From: Octopus vulgaris
Taxonomy: Eukaryota
Direction of reading: 5' to 3'
NCBI GenBank assembly: GCA_951406725.2
Contig: OX597823.1
Location: forward strand, 496,001 to 560,000
DNA: 64,000 nucleotides
The notes beneath the pieces were generated by a model, which saw only the letters and a program-made list of their open reading frames with translations, did no database searches and was not told the origin of the DNA. Of the stretch, positions 12,241-26,205 are shown piece after piece (the first letter of the stretch is position 1; the number at the start of each line of letters is the position of its first letter). A program made the translations under genes and the position numbers.

Positions 12241-12879
12241 CTGTGTTTTTACCCTTGTTAGAAATCATTAACACAGTAGAGTGTCAGTATTGGAAAAGAA
12301 GAGACAAATACTTAACAATATTTAATCTAAAATCTCTTCCTTCTAAATTCAATCTTTACATATGCCATTTTTATTTTCCATTGCTATGGTATTCATAAAG
12401 TATATATCAATCACAGTTTATGAATTATGCCTCTCCTTTAAAATTTAATACTCTGCATAAATGGGAACTTATCTTTATCATTACTGAACAAAGAAAATGC
12501 AGACACTGCATGTTGCATTCTAAGGAATTTATTTATAAGATGTGTATCGAAACAAGAACCGATGCAGAAGAGAATGGATTCTTCAGTCATCCTACTACAG
12601 GAAACCTTTCTAGTGCTGGTAGCATCCATACTGTAAATTAGGTGAGATGCTTTGAATGCCATCCAACCTACATAAGCCAGACCAAAAAAGACATAAAAAT
12701 GATGATGTATGGCAGTGGATTTGTAAGAGTGTCTACTCCCCACCATCCACCCCAAAATTTCAGGTCTCGTGCCTATAGTAGAAAGGATTATCATTATCAT
12801 GTGATCAAAACTCACAGCTTATTTTGCTGGGTATGATGGAAAGTGTCAGCTGTCCAGAGCCAGCAGACTAAGGTGACAT

Positions 12880-12960
12880 TTGTTTACTGGTCATGCTTTA
12901 AGAATCCTGCAAAGAATTCTTGCAGTTCCAAGCAATGCTGATTCTTGTAGGGGTGTTCTA
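12880..12960 (-). mobile_element. R4/Dong-type ORF C-terminus fragment
   Basis: Minus-strand translation QESALLGTARILCRILKA*, typical of the R4/Dong C-terminus. Confidence 0.6.
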
Positions 12961-14319
12961 ACTTCACACTTGCACCAATCTTTTTCCGCCATGCTGGTAG
13001 TTGAGTGTACCATTAGGGGTTGGCTTATTTCCTATGTGAGATGCCAGCTTTTGGTCTATCAATAAAGGTAAAAGAAAAAAGACTGAAGTCTTGCATCAAC
13101 TTAAACCTGGGTGCTGGAATTCGAACCACTAACCTTCGTGATCACAAATCAACTTCTACCTATGGTAGAAAGAGTTCATATGTTTTGGTAGCAGAATTAC
13201 TGATAAAGACAGCCTAAATGAAGAGGCAGATCACAACATACATTCAGCTGAGGTAACTTTCTGGAAGTCTAACGACCATCTGTGGAAGCCCCGATGGTAT
13301 AAAGCTGTTAGCAAAATGCAAAATGTATGAAACAGTAGTAATAGTAGTGTTGTGCCTGCTGTATTCTGCTGAGGCTTCTATATTGTATTATGTCATCAGT
13401 GTGTGAAAAAGTTGATGAGTTGCCAGTTGCCCTAGCTATGATCTACAATCAACATACATAAAGTTTCTTCTTTGTATAGGATGATGGGTAACATTCCTAC
13501 TGAGTCATACATAGTTTATGATAGACAGCCAAGTAGAAAAAAATATATCATTTCACCATCAACCTCCTATCTGCCTATCAAAACCCAGCTCTTTTTATTT
13601 CCAACTCATCTCAGCACAGCCACTACTTTCTCCTTATAGCATGACAGAAAGAAGAAAACAAACCAAATAAAAAAGAAAAGAAACAAGAAAGACACCTGAC
13701 TTGGCCTTTTTTAGAATTAAGGATTATTTATTCAGATATTGATCAAGATGCTTGAATATCATGACATATTTAAACACAATTTCATCTTGGAATCTGAAGT
13801 TTGATAAGCACAAGATAAGGTAACAATAACTGAATAAATTATAGTTACTAGGATTTTCTACTATTTACACGAAGAGGAAGGACAAACTTCCTCTTGGTGT
13901 TGGTATGAAATTATACCTTGTAATTTCCTGCTAACACCAACATAACATTATGAAAGTAAACCATCTAAACTAGCACTTCCACATTCAATTCCTTGTACTA
14001 TAATATAGTGATGGGGCATTTATGTAGTCACTTCATTTGCTACACAATAGCTAAATCTCTTTCAAACGAAACTCCAAGCTCTTTAAAAGAGGACACTATG
14101 TCTGAAAAACAGAAGGGTAGGTCATAGCTGGAATACCTTTGGTAATAGGTCTACTTAATCAAGGCTGACTTGGGGCAAAACAACACTAATTCTACATCTT
14201 AAGAAATCATTCTGAAGCAAATTTTAGTAGGATAGGTTTGTGCCATGGCAGGGAATAGAACAGCACTGAAAGACTGAGTTGAAATAGCATTAAGCTCAAT
14301 TCCACTTAAATGTCAGCCT

Positions 14320-14500
14320 GCTTTAGCCCATCCATGATTCTATAATGCAAACTTTAGAAAATGATCTAAATTGAAACCTCCCATCAAAATTTCATAAATC
14401 GCCTCAAAACCAGCTTAGTAATGACAAAATTCTTTATTATTTTCAAAATTAATTGAATCAACAGCAGTGTATTCCAACAGGAATATAGCAAAAAAAGTGT
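14320..14500. mobile_element. Old non-autonomous DNA element, related copy at 52030-52225
   Basis: Shared gatctaaatt...ccag...taatgacaaa...aattctttattattttcaaaattaattgaa...caacag. Confidence 0.55.
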
Positions 14501-14532
<32 letters not shown>

Positions 14533-14849
14533 TAGCTGTATGTACACACACACACACACACACACAAAGATTACTGTTTTAGGGTGCAATCTAGACATGT
14601 GCAAGTGTGTGTGTGTGTGTGTGTGACTTCCACTTGGAAATACTCTTGGATGTTCGTATGAGTAAAAGCACATTTTTTGCAGAGTATTTACATTATCAAA
14701 AGAGGAGATTGGAAAAAATTTTTGTTAGTTTTCACCATTACATGTGTTTCACTTGCTAATAGGAATTACAAATGAAATGTGTGTAATGGTGGATAAACAA
14801 TACCAAAATTGTTTTCCAATTTCCTACATATACACACGAACATATATTA

Positions 14850-15430
14850 TTGTCATCATTTAACATCTATCTTCAATGCTGATCTAGGTTGAATAGACCA
14901 AGAGGATTTGACAAGTTGGAGGGCAGCACTGAGCATCTATGCCTGCTTTGGAATGGTTTCTATGGCTGGATGCATTTTCTGATGCCAACCACTTTACAGA
15001 ATGTACTGGGTGCCTTTCTGATGTCACTAGCACTAGTGATGCCACCATATGACATCTTGTCACCACCAACTTTATTCGCTTTCCTGCTCTTTCCATCTGC
15101 CTTTCTACAAAACAATATAGCCATGTATCTCTTCTACAGCAAGACATCTTTTCGCATTCTTCAGTCGTACTTTAGCCTCTCAAGCCCTGATATAAAACCC
15201 TCTTCTTCTCTACTGTATACAGTTAAGATGTCTTTTTAGTCCTGTGAGTTATATGGTGACCTCCACCTCCTCTCCATGTTTTCTTCGGTCTACTTCACTT
15301 TCTCGGTCCATTTACCTCAAACGCAAGCACCCTCCTCAGAACATGCCCCTCATTCCTCCTCAACACATACCACTGCACTCTATTCACCCTTGCCAGCCAT
15401 TCCACTGATTCCTCCAGCCCCAGCATCCCC
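14850..15430 (-). mobile_element. RTE 3' fragment (RT C-terminus plus tail)
   Basis: Minus ORF MLGLEESVEWLARVNRVQWYVLRRNEGHVLRRVLAFEVNGPRK, and the RTE tail at 14850-15030. Confidence 0.75.
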
Positions 15431-16019
15431 ATTAAGCTCTCAGTCCTGTTTCGTCTGTCTTTATGTTCTGAGTTCAAATTCTGCCGAGGTTGACTTTGCC
15501 TTTCATCCTTTCGGGGTCAATTATTTAAGGACCAGTTGCGTACAGGGGTCAATCTAATCAACTGGACCCCTCTCCAAAATTTCGGGCCTTGTGCTTAGAG
15601 TAGAAAAGAATATATCCATACACACACATACACAGAAATACTCTGCCTAAAAATGTAAGGAAAGAAAAAATAGGGTTATTAGTTAAACTTAGGCAAAGTT
15701 TTCAATTAAAATTTATCACAGCGGTGGTGCCCCAGCATGGCCACAGCCTTCGGGCTAAAACATTTTTAAGGATTTAAGGATTTTTAAGTTGGATATCTTC
15801 CTCCAGCTGGCCTTTGACAACCCTTTTAGGGGACAAGAGCTTGATATCTTCGAATTCACTGCTGTTTTACAATTTAGTAACAAATGAAACCATTAAGTTT
15901 ATTGTTGACTTAAAGATAGAAAACTTTTGTTTATAATTGTGCAAAGCCACCGCAGCTGGAAGAGAGTGGTGTGGTTTAATTTGAAGTTTGACAAGTTTAC
16001 AATGTCATGTCAAAAACAC

Positions 16020-16205
16020 TGGTGCTTGTGCCATGTACAACGCACCCAGTGCACTCTGTAAAGTGGTTGGTGCTAGGAAGGGCATCCAGTTATAGAAACC
16101 AAACCTAAGCTGACTATGGAACTTGGTACAGCCTTTGCTTTGCCAGTTCCTGTTAAGCCATCAAACCCATGCCAGCATGGAAAATGGACTTTATATGATG
16201 ATGCC
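16020..16205 (+). mobile_element. RTE 3' tail fragment
   Basis: gtggttggtgctaggaagggcatccag...aacccatgccagcatggaaaatggac...tgatgatg. Confidence 0.8.
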
Positions 16206-17487
16206 GACGACCGACTTTAGTTAGAGGCAAGGACTATGCACAAAATACAGGTGGGCAAGAATTACGTTAGTGCCAAAAACAATGTTCAGATGTGGTGGGA
16301 AAACAGCAGAACTGGCTGTTAAAATAATGGTAGAAAGACCAAAATGAATATTTCATATATGATAATTGTTGCAACCCCAAATAGATCTATTTACTGCCTC
16401 TACCCCCATTACTATACCCCCACTTCTGCCATTGCCAACATAACCACTATCTTCCTCATGGCCCAGTAAAACCCCTATTCTTATTTGAATGAATCATATG
16501 CTTCAGTTTATGGGTATTTTGAAACCAGTTACTATTTTAAGGACGTCCTATCAACTTCAAATGCTTCCTAACTGAAGAAGAGACAGAAAAATATATAGGA
16601 AATATCAAACCTACTGTAACTGTTTTTTTTCTTTTTTTGTTGTTGTTTACTGTTAATTTTGCAATTCTCTAATCTGATAAGCAATCATCACCACCATCGT
16701 TACCCTACCTGTTCAATTCTTGTTCAGCCCTGCTTTGAATAGGCAGGTCATCGCCACTGCTTCCTTCTTAGTCATCATGCCTTATGTTTATGGCATAATC
16801 ACACACCTGTATACCACTGCCTTCATCTCCCTCTACCACTGCCACCATTAACCAGCATTAGTTTTAATTGCTCAACAGTGCAGCAACCTGTGCCTTGGCC
16901 AATGCTAACCCCTAGCTACCATCCTGAGTCATTGTCGGAGCTTGCATGTAACTAAGATTCTTTGTGTCATTCTAAGACTTTCATATTGTTTCCTGGCTTC
17001 AAACCAACAGCTATCAAGACTAGTTTTCTCAGTACAAGTGATACACTTTGAGAAAAATGCACAACTTGTTTACCATGTGAAAGTGCACTTGGGAGTATTT
17101 TAATGGTAGATGACTAAAGACATTATCGGAAAACTAAAATGTTTGATTTGGGCTTCAAGCACTGAAGACATTAAAGGAAAAACAAGCCAAAACAGGTCTA
17201 AAACATACATAGATGTTATTATACACAATAACTAGAACTGGGAAAGACAAGCAGTTGGAGAAATGAGGCCAATGAGATATGAGGCAGTTGACAAACTTTT
17301 ACAAAATTATATTTCTCATTCCACTGTGAAAATACCAAGTACAGACAAAGAAACTTACAGGTTTTTGAAGATAAATTATGTAAGAACAGCTGTGTGTGTG
17401 TGAGAGAGTGTATGAGTGTATTTGTACATGCGTGTGTGCTCATATATACTTTTTTTCTGAGTACAAATAGAGGACAAGATGTATTAC

Positions 17488-17538
17488 CATCTGTCGAAAG
17501 TCCTACAATAAAGGCTTCGAAAACTGAAGTTAAACTAC
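17488..17538 (-). other. Candidate 51-nt phase 1-1 cassette exon (GSLTSVFEAFIVGLSTD)
   Basis: aatttcag|GTAGT...CAGATG|gtaata, with an open frame and a length divisible by 3. Confidence 0.3.
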
Positions 17539-17924
17539 CTGAAATTTATTTTAGGTATTCTGATATACGCTGTGTTGCAATCAAATCTAAAATACACACA
17601 GAAACACACACACACACACACACACATTGTTATAAGAGAGTGGAGGTGTTATTGCTAACAATCATGCACATACAAAGCAACAATGTCAAGAGTGAGTTTA
17701 CACATTGTTTCTTTGTGTTTGTAGACAAACATTTGAGAGTGAGTGTATTGTATCTGGATATATTACTCTATCAATTATATCCATACACACACCAAACCAT
17801 TGAGGGAGCCTCCACATATTTGCTTGACCTGCTAGAAATAGCAAGTAAATAATCCTGAGATCACATTACTATCTTAAGGAAAAAAAAGAAACCTTGGATA
17901 ATTTGATCCTAGATATGCAATAGT

Positions 17925-18760
17925 GATCATCATTGAACACCCATGTTTCATGCTGACATAGGTTGGATGGTTTGACAGGAGCCAACAAGCTCAAAACCTG
18001 CATTGGGTTCCAATGTCTACTTTGGCATGGTTTCTTCTATGGCTGGATGCTCTTCCTAAAACCAACTACATTACAGCATGTATGGGGTGCTTTTTTCAAG
18101 GAACCAGCACTAGTGAGATTGTCATGCAACTTACAAAACTAAAATTCCCTTTGATTGGGTGGAGTTACAGAAGATAGGGAGCCAGCTTTATGCATAGGGA
18201 TAAGAGATTAAAGGTATCAGAAGAGATTAAAGGTCTCATGTAGTAGAGTTACATGGGTGCTCACATTATAGAAGAGAGGGGGTGACTGGTGCAGAGGTGA
18301 AGAAAGTGATGAAATTAGGAGAGATGAGGTGTGAGAGAGGGCAGTCAAGATAAGAGGTGAGTAGAAGAGAAAGAAGACAGAAGAACTGAAAGTGTGAGTG
18401 GGTAGAGGGTGGAAGGGTGAATGGGAGAGTAAGAGATGTCACCAATGGGAAATAGGTGACAGAGTGACTATAATGAAGAATAAATGTTACGGGGTGGGGG
18501 GGAAGAGTAGGTGACAACTGTAGAAATTGGTAGAGTTGAAAAGAAAAGGGATGGGGTGAAGAACTACAGATTCATAATAATGATACAGTAAACAGGGTGA
18601 GGAAGAAAAAGAGATGGTGTGTGATTGGGTAAGTGATGGTGGTGGAGAAAGAGAGATAATTTGGTGATCAATGTAGAATGTGGGTGGAGAGGCTAGTATC
18701 AAGAAAGAAAGATGGATATCAAGTGAAATGGTTCTGAGTAGTACACTGTTGGGAAGCCTT
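17925..18760 (-). mobile_element. RTE tail plus long pyrimidine-rich (sense) 3' UTR
   Basis: Tail at 17925-18130. gggaagagtaggtgacaactgtagaaattgg (~18501) matches the reverse complement of 48935-48965. Confidence 0.7.
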
Positions 18761-18821
18761 TTGATGAAAGGTCTCTTTGATCAGAGCAAACCTGGGGCTA
18801 AACAACAACTCTCACTCTGTA

Positions 18822-18864
<43 letters not shown>

Positions 18865-20765
18865 GCACGGAGAATCCTGATAGGAAATTCGTGCACATGC
18901 CAACATATCAGTGTGTTTACAAAATGCAAGTGTGCATTTGCAAATGTGTGTGCTTACATATGCACATGCATTTTTGCCAATGTGCGTGTGTGTGTGTGTG
19001 TGTGTTAGTGTATGCTGTAATCTCTAAATACCGTTGTGAGTTGAAACAAAAACATTTCAAGAATTTCCTATGGATTTGCATCATAGGTGAGGTGAGGGTA
19101 GGAGTGGTGATGTTATCTATACGGTGGGGGGTGGGGTGAAGGGAAAGAAACGGGCAAAGATGAGAGATGGAAAGCTGATGAAAAGAACACATGTGTGAGA
19201 GAGAGAGAGAGAGAAGGAGGAGGAGGAGGAATGAGATGAAGCAGACAGTCAGCCAAAAAAGTTAAAAGAAAAATGTTTCTAGAAAAAAATAAATTACAAA
19301 CACCACCACCACCCTCCCCCATTAGCAGAAATTTTATTACCAAACAAAAAAAAAAGTGACTGTTGTTGCTGTTAGTACTGTAATAACATTAAGAAGAGTT
19401 TCTGTTGGATAACCAACCTATTATTGAAGGATATCTTCATCTAAATATTTATTATGTTTTTTTCTTTTTCTCAAACTAGGTGCACGCCAATACATTCACA
19501 CACACACACACACACACAATGAGTTAAAGACATATATCTCTGGATAGTACCAGAGCTGTTAATTTTGGAATTAGTTCGGGAATGTAGGTTCAACTTGACG
19601 TTGTCTTAGATTATTTTTTTATGATATTCTTTACCTGCTTCTTTTGGCAGACATGAGAGAGTTTATGGAGAAAAAGAAAAAAAAAACCACCCCAAGACAA
19701 GCTCCCGTTTCAGGCTGACCCTGAAGCTAAGGTGGGTTACATCATTTGGGTTAGGTTAGGCTTCTCTCTCTCTCTCTGTGCTTTGCTTTCTCCACTTCAA
19801 AAAGCTAGCATGCCCTCCCCAACATCTCTCCCTTAATGACATTCTAAACGTTCCTAAAGTTCCAAAATAAACTTTATAAAAGTCTTGCATGTCTTTTCTA
19901 CTTTTAAATTGTAAAAACTTTTTTTTACTTTCCTTTCCCTGTCTCTCTTTCTCTAAAAACAAGGAGAAAGAAAAGGGAAGAAACAATTTTGCAAGAAACA
20001 TTACTAAACAACAAAACATGCTAATTATTATAGATATAGAGACAAAACCTGCAACTGGAGTAGAGAAGCTGGAAATAACCTTTTTACTGACTTTTTTTAA
20101 TTATTAATTTTATTTTGTGCATTTGTGAATGGTAAAGTCATTGCTTATAGGTTTCCCTGGGGCCAAGTGATATATTTAACTTATCTGAATAAACACCAGA
20201 AAGTAGGAAATGATACATGGATCTATTAGTAATATATTGGTGATGTCAATTGCACCAACACACACACACACACACACACACAACAAACCAACACAAGGGT
20301 ATATCTACATGATGGATTTCTACAGTTTCCATCTGCTTCATTTCACAAGGCATTAATTTGAGGTTATAATAAAAGTAATTTACCCAAGGTTGCTATACAA
20401 TGGAATTGAACCAACAATCACATGGCTGCAAAGTGACATTGTTAATTACATAGCTAAGCCTTCAGCTTCTTTATATCCATTGGGTGGCCGATACCCACAA
20501 CACTGAAGGCTGTCTACGTCTACTTTTGGCAATTATAGATGCATATTTGAATACAGATGTAAATAAAAATGTTTGTATGTGTGCATATATAATACACACA
20601 CACACACACACACACACACAAATTATTTGCAGTGATAATATTATGTATAGTATTTATAAGTAGCAGTTGGAGTCTAAGTGTAAATTACAAGTACACATAT
20701 GAGTGTGTGAATGTACGAGTATGAGTGAATGTGTTCAAGAGCTGGCGTAAGAGTTTGAGTGAGAG

Positions 20766-20832
20766 CAGAAGTGAACATGTGCAGATGTGGACATGTGCAG
20801 AAGTGAACATGTGCAGATGTGGACATGTGCAA
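20766..20832. repeat. 16-bp minisatellite in ABAB arrangement
   Basis: (gcagaagtgaacatgt gcagatgtggacatgt) x2. Confidence 0.85.
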
Positions 20833-22799
20833 TATTAGTGATTGTATGTGAAGATAATAACAATTGCATGGATGTAGTGTTTATTAATTAGACCATTCAT
20901 AATCAATTTGTGGTCTTTGGGTTTATTGGTGCCATATTCCTGGAATGACATCTGGTTTGTCTTTGACTGAAGTGAAGTAAGCTTCATAGATTATAAGTAT
21001 ATCGTTATTGCCAGTCGTGCCATGATTGTTGTAGTGTATGAAGAAGCAGAAGCGCAAGGTGAGCAGACACAGAGTCAGGCATGGATAAAGGAAGTGAAAG
21101 TAGACAAACAATAAGAGTAATAGCAGTAGTAGTAGTTATAAAACAGTGGTGGTGGTGGTGGTAGTAGTAGCAGCAGCAGCAGTGGTGGTAGTAGTAGTGG
21201 TAGTCAAGTGATCAGTGCATGCAACAATAGCAGTCATTGTGTGTGTGTGTGTGCATGATGCCTGCTTCTTGCCTGTTTCCCCATGCATGCACCAATCTTT
21301 GTAAAAGTAGTAAGTGGAGAGCTGTAGCAGAATGTTGCAGAAAAGCCATGAAAGCGTGAGATTGGAGTGCATTGAAGAAGATGCAGCAGCATTGGTAGGA
21401 TTGAGTAAGAGACGGAACAACATTGCACTGCTATACAGATTCACACGGCGAGAAGCGGGGGGGGGGGGGCGACCTTCTACACAGATTGTTACTATTACTG
21501 TTACATACAGTAACATTCTTCTTCTTCATCTTATTGCTATTTGCATTATTATTATTATTATTATTATTAATATTGACATATTGTAACATTAATGTTTTAT
21601 TGATTATTGACAATATGCTGTTGTCACAGAGCTTATTGTAGGAACTTGTGACAAGGACGAGTAATATTGGCCATAACTCTGACAATAAATAGACAGGGAA
21701 GGAGATGTGCCAAGAGTAATATGGTTTCTATAAACTTAGGAAGCTGAAAGTCAAGTGTTTGGTGATAATAGATGAAAGGGCCGATTGAGGATTGAGCAGA
21801 ATGTTTGTATGTAACATCTGCTGTGTGGGGGAACAATAAATAAATAGAAACTAACTGAAACCCCCCCCCCAAAAAAAAACTACTACATAATATGAAACTG
21901 GCTGCTATAAAGCATCATAAAGACCATTATTGTTTGTTTATCACACTGAAACTTTGACAATCTAGAATAAGAAAGGAGATAAGTTTTGAGTTTCAAATTA
22001 TACAAGAAAAAAAACAAAACACATATCTCAAAAAAGCTCTCCTCTTCTCGAAAACTCAGAAGTGTTTTGGTATTTTGTTGCTTGATGTAAGAAAAATTTA
22101 TTTTAAATATCTGGGATCAATCTATATAAATTATACATAAAGTGCTCGTTTTTAAGTCCACTTTTCCATGTTGGTAAAGGTTGAATGTGACCTTTTTGAG
22201 GAAGCTGTCTTGCAACCAGATGCTCGTCATATTAACAGCCCTTTTACTCATTTCTTATAATGTGCAAGCTCATATGGTGTACCTATTGTATAAAACTGAG
22301 ATACACAAACATGTAGGGGGGTGGAGTCTAATTTGCTACACAAATCCACACCCAACTATATAGTATTTGGAGATGAAGCATAGAGTGAGGCAGTTCTTTA
22401 TAGAATTAGGAACAGGATACACACTGGTGGAATCGTTGGCAAAAGTGAATTTTGTATTTTTTTATTAGTTTTGTAGCAATCTTCTTTATGAAGTGATGGT
22501 ACCTACATCATTCATGCTGTTTGCTTTCCACTGAAAAGCCAGACATGTCTATTCTTACATATTAGCTGTTCATATATGAAGAAGGGCTTCAGTACCAGGA
22601 ACATGGAACATTTCAATGACAAATTGTATTTTGCTGAAATCGTTGACATTATTTGTTGTATTTTTGCTTTTCTTTTTCTTTTGGCTTTTATGAGTTTAGG
22701 AAATAATCTTAAAACTTTTATCTACTGTTTTAGGTGCTTTCAACCTGAAAAAGATTTTAAAATATTTTGGTATTTTATTTTTAAAGTGTTCTGGGAAGG

Positions 22800-25160
22800 T
22801 AACTGTGATGGGGTAGGTGGGGTGGGCATACTTCTGGCATAGAAATGGTTTGATACAGTCATAGAGGTAACCAGAGTGTGTGATACAGTACTTAAACTCA
22901 AGCTAGTTTTTCAGAATAGTAGAGTGACAATTGTCTCTGCCTATGCCCCCTAAGTGGGTCTACCAAATGAAAAAAAGATCACATCTATGATATCTTTCTG
23001 CAGGCTACCTCAAAGACAAATGACAATGATCTTGTCTTCCTGGCTGATGATTTCAATGGGCATGTTGGACAGCAGCCAGGAAGCCAGCCAGCCATTTGAT
23101 AACTCATCAATTAGGTGACCACCCTAGCCAGATTGATAACATTCTCACCACACAGGGAGATACATGGTTGCTCATAAACACAAAAACCTTCCCTGGTGAA
23201 GAATGTACCCCCCCCCCGCCCTCTGCATAGACTATTTATTAGTGACTTTAGACTTCAGGTTAGAAAGGCATCATGAAGAAGACCAGTCAGGAAAAGAAGA
23301 ATCTGGAAGCTTAAGGATCCTCTGTATGGTCAGAGATTTAGGGATACCCTAATTGAGAAATTTGATTAGAGGGAGGAGGAACTACAGACTTGTAACGTAG
23401 AGGACAACTTGGAATTTCTTCAGGACAGCTTGCTGAGAGTCACAGACCAAATCTGCAGTTGGTGCAAAGTCCTATCTAGACTGAAGGAGACATGGTGGTG
23501 GAATGATGCTGTAGACAAAGCTATTAGAGCAAAGAAACAGGCCTGGAAGCACTGAGGCAGTATGGAATTGTATGAGATAGCCAGAAGGGAAGCTAGGAGG
23601 CATTCAGTAGATTTAGCCAGGGAAGAAAAGCAGAAGTCTGCCAATGTTCTGTGAGGAGCAGAGACTTGAAGTGTTTTAGATTGCAAAGACAGTGTATGAG
23701 AGAAAATTGTGATGTCATAGGAGAGAAATGTGACCCAAGGCTGATGGTTCACTTGCATTTAATGATTTTGCAAAAAAAAAAGTGGCTTAGAAATGCCATT
23801 ATGAAAGGCTGAATGAAGAGAATGAATGGGAGAAGGAGAGTCTGCCAAATGTTGACACAAGTGAGGGACCAGATATCCGAATCAATAGTACCTTGGTAGA
23901 TAAAGCAATTAAGGATATGAAAACAGGGAAAGTCCCTGGCCCATCAAGAATCACAGCTGAGATGCTTAAAATATCTGGTAATCTTAGTAAGTAGGAAAGC
24001 AGACAAATCACAAATCCCTTCAGACTGATGGCCCTGCTTGATCTGTAAGAAATGTGTAGGTAGAAATTCCATAAGATGTACTTGGTGTAAACTATAGACA
24101 CATAAGAGGTGTGGCATTCAGAAGAAGGTTGACGGAAAAAAATTTTTGTGTGTGGTAGGTACACAGGTAGGCTCCATCAAATGCCAGGGGGAAAACTAGA
24201 AGTAGTCAACAGTTTTTGTTGCCTAGGTAACCAAGTCAATAGCAGGGGTGGATGCTCTGAGAGTGTAACTGCTAGAATAAGTTGGACAAAGTTCAGAGAG
24301 CTCCTACCTCTGTTGCTAACAAAGGGCCTCTCTCTCAGAGTGAAAGGCAGACTGTATGATGCCTATGTGCAAACAGCCATGTTACATGGCAGTAAAACAT
24401 AAGCTGTAACAGCTGTGGACGTGTGTAGGCTTGAAAGAAATGTAGCTTGTATGCCTCACTGGATGTGTAATGTCAGTGTGCATGTACAACAGAGTGTAAG
24501 CTGGGAATAAGAGGCATCAGACGTGGTGAACAAGAGAGACAACTGCATTGGTATAGTCATGCGATGCATATAGATGTGGACAGTTGTGTGAAGAAGTGCC
24601 AATCTCTACCAATGGAAGGAAGGTGTGGAAGAGGCAGACCCAGGAAGACATGGGACGAGGTGGTGAAACATGATCTTCAAATGTTGGGCCTCATGGAGTC
24701 AATGACTAGTGACTGAGAAAAGTGAAATCATAGCTGTGGTTGTCGTTGGTGTTACATAAAAAGTACCTCTTGAGCACTGGACCTCACAGAGGTAATGTGG
24801 CTGATGCTGGTGTCCCATAAGTAGCCCCTGTGCTGGTGACATGTAAAAAGCACCTTCTGAGTGTTTGGTTTCACATAGGCAATGACAAGTGACTTGCTTG
24901 AGAAGACCCATCATCAAACCAAGTGAAATGGTAGCCATGGCAGCAGATATTGGTGTCATGCGAACTCACACTCATGCCGGTGGCATGTAAAAACACCCAT
25001 TACACTCTCAGAGTGGTCAACGTTAGGAAGGGCATCCAGCCACAGAAACCATACCAAATCATGCTAGAGTGTGGTACAGCCCCTCAGCTTACCAGCTCTG
25101 GTCAAACTGTCCAACCCATGCCAGCATGGACAATGGATGCTAAATGATGATGATGATAAT
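22800..25160 (+). mobile_element. Degenerate RTE-clade LINE including APE endonuclease remnant
   Basis: TIVSAYAP, DDFNGHVG, QIDNILT, then GKVPGPSRITAEMLK. A deletion leads to a decayed PHD-like segment, LEVVNSFCCLG, MLHGSKT and the RTE tail with (GAT)n. Confidence 0.88.
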
Positions 25161-26172
25161 GTTCCAATTATTTAACAACCTAAATGACTTACTAATCAAA
25201 TTAATCAATGAGCTAAATGATTTATTAATTAAAATCCGTGTGTGAGTGGCTGAGTATCTCACAAACACATCTACTTTCTACATAGTGTAACAAGGTTGTT
25301 CCTTTATATTACAGGTAAAATTCATCCAATCAATTTCCAAACAGTTTCTGTCTTCCCAGTTTTACTCACAAAACTGTTGGAAGTTATTTAGTGTGTGTGT
25401 GGGGGGGGGGGGGAACCATTGAAAATGGATTCTAGATGTTATGCAAGCAGATTGCTCAGGATTTTCTGATTGTAAAGTGAGGTGCTTAACCATCGGCCAC
25501 ACCCTTGTCTATATCCATCGGTAGATGTGGATGACTGACACTTCATATAATTTAGTATATTCTAGAAAGCAATACCATTTCAAAATAAAATAAATTCCTC
25601 AACTGGAACCAAACCACATTACATGATACTGTTCAGACTTTAGTCTTTTACTAAACTAGATATTTTAAAACAAAATTTTCCGACACTGAGTTGTTCGTAT
25701 AAGTTTCTTGTGGTAATTCTTAAGATATTACAATACTGAATGCTAGCATTGACAGCTCCATGTTTGAATTGCTTTCAGATAAGCAATCAGATAGCACAAG
25801 TGGGGACAGTAAGGGTTAGGGTTAGGTTAGCTATACCTATAAGGCTTGTTACACATGCACCAGATCTTTGGTCCTGTGTGTGATAATGAAAGAAATAAAA
25901 ATGATCATGTTCATACCTTTGCTAGGAACATTAGTAACATAGAGAGAGCCAAACAATAACTGAAATTGCATCAAAAACTGAGTTCTGAGAGAGATGACCA
26001 CCACTACAAATACTACCTAATGGAAATAATCTGATCATTCTTCTGAAGAATATGGTGAAACTGAATATGGGAGCAGCATCAGCAGTAATGATACTATTAT
26101 CAGTGACAAACTATTATCAGAGTAAAATGAATTGAAACCAAATCAAATCCTTTCCTCACACTTTTGATTTGT

Positions 26173-26205
<33 letters not shown>

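Noticed and set aside
25808-25830. Interstitial telomere repeat (gggttagggttagg)
   Set aside because: Only about two units, compatible with chance or a TE fragment.
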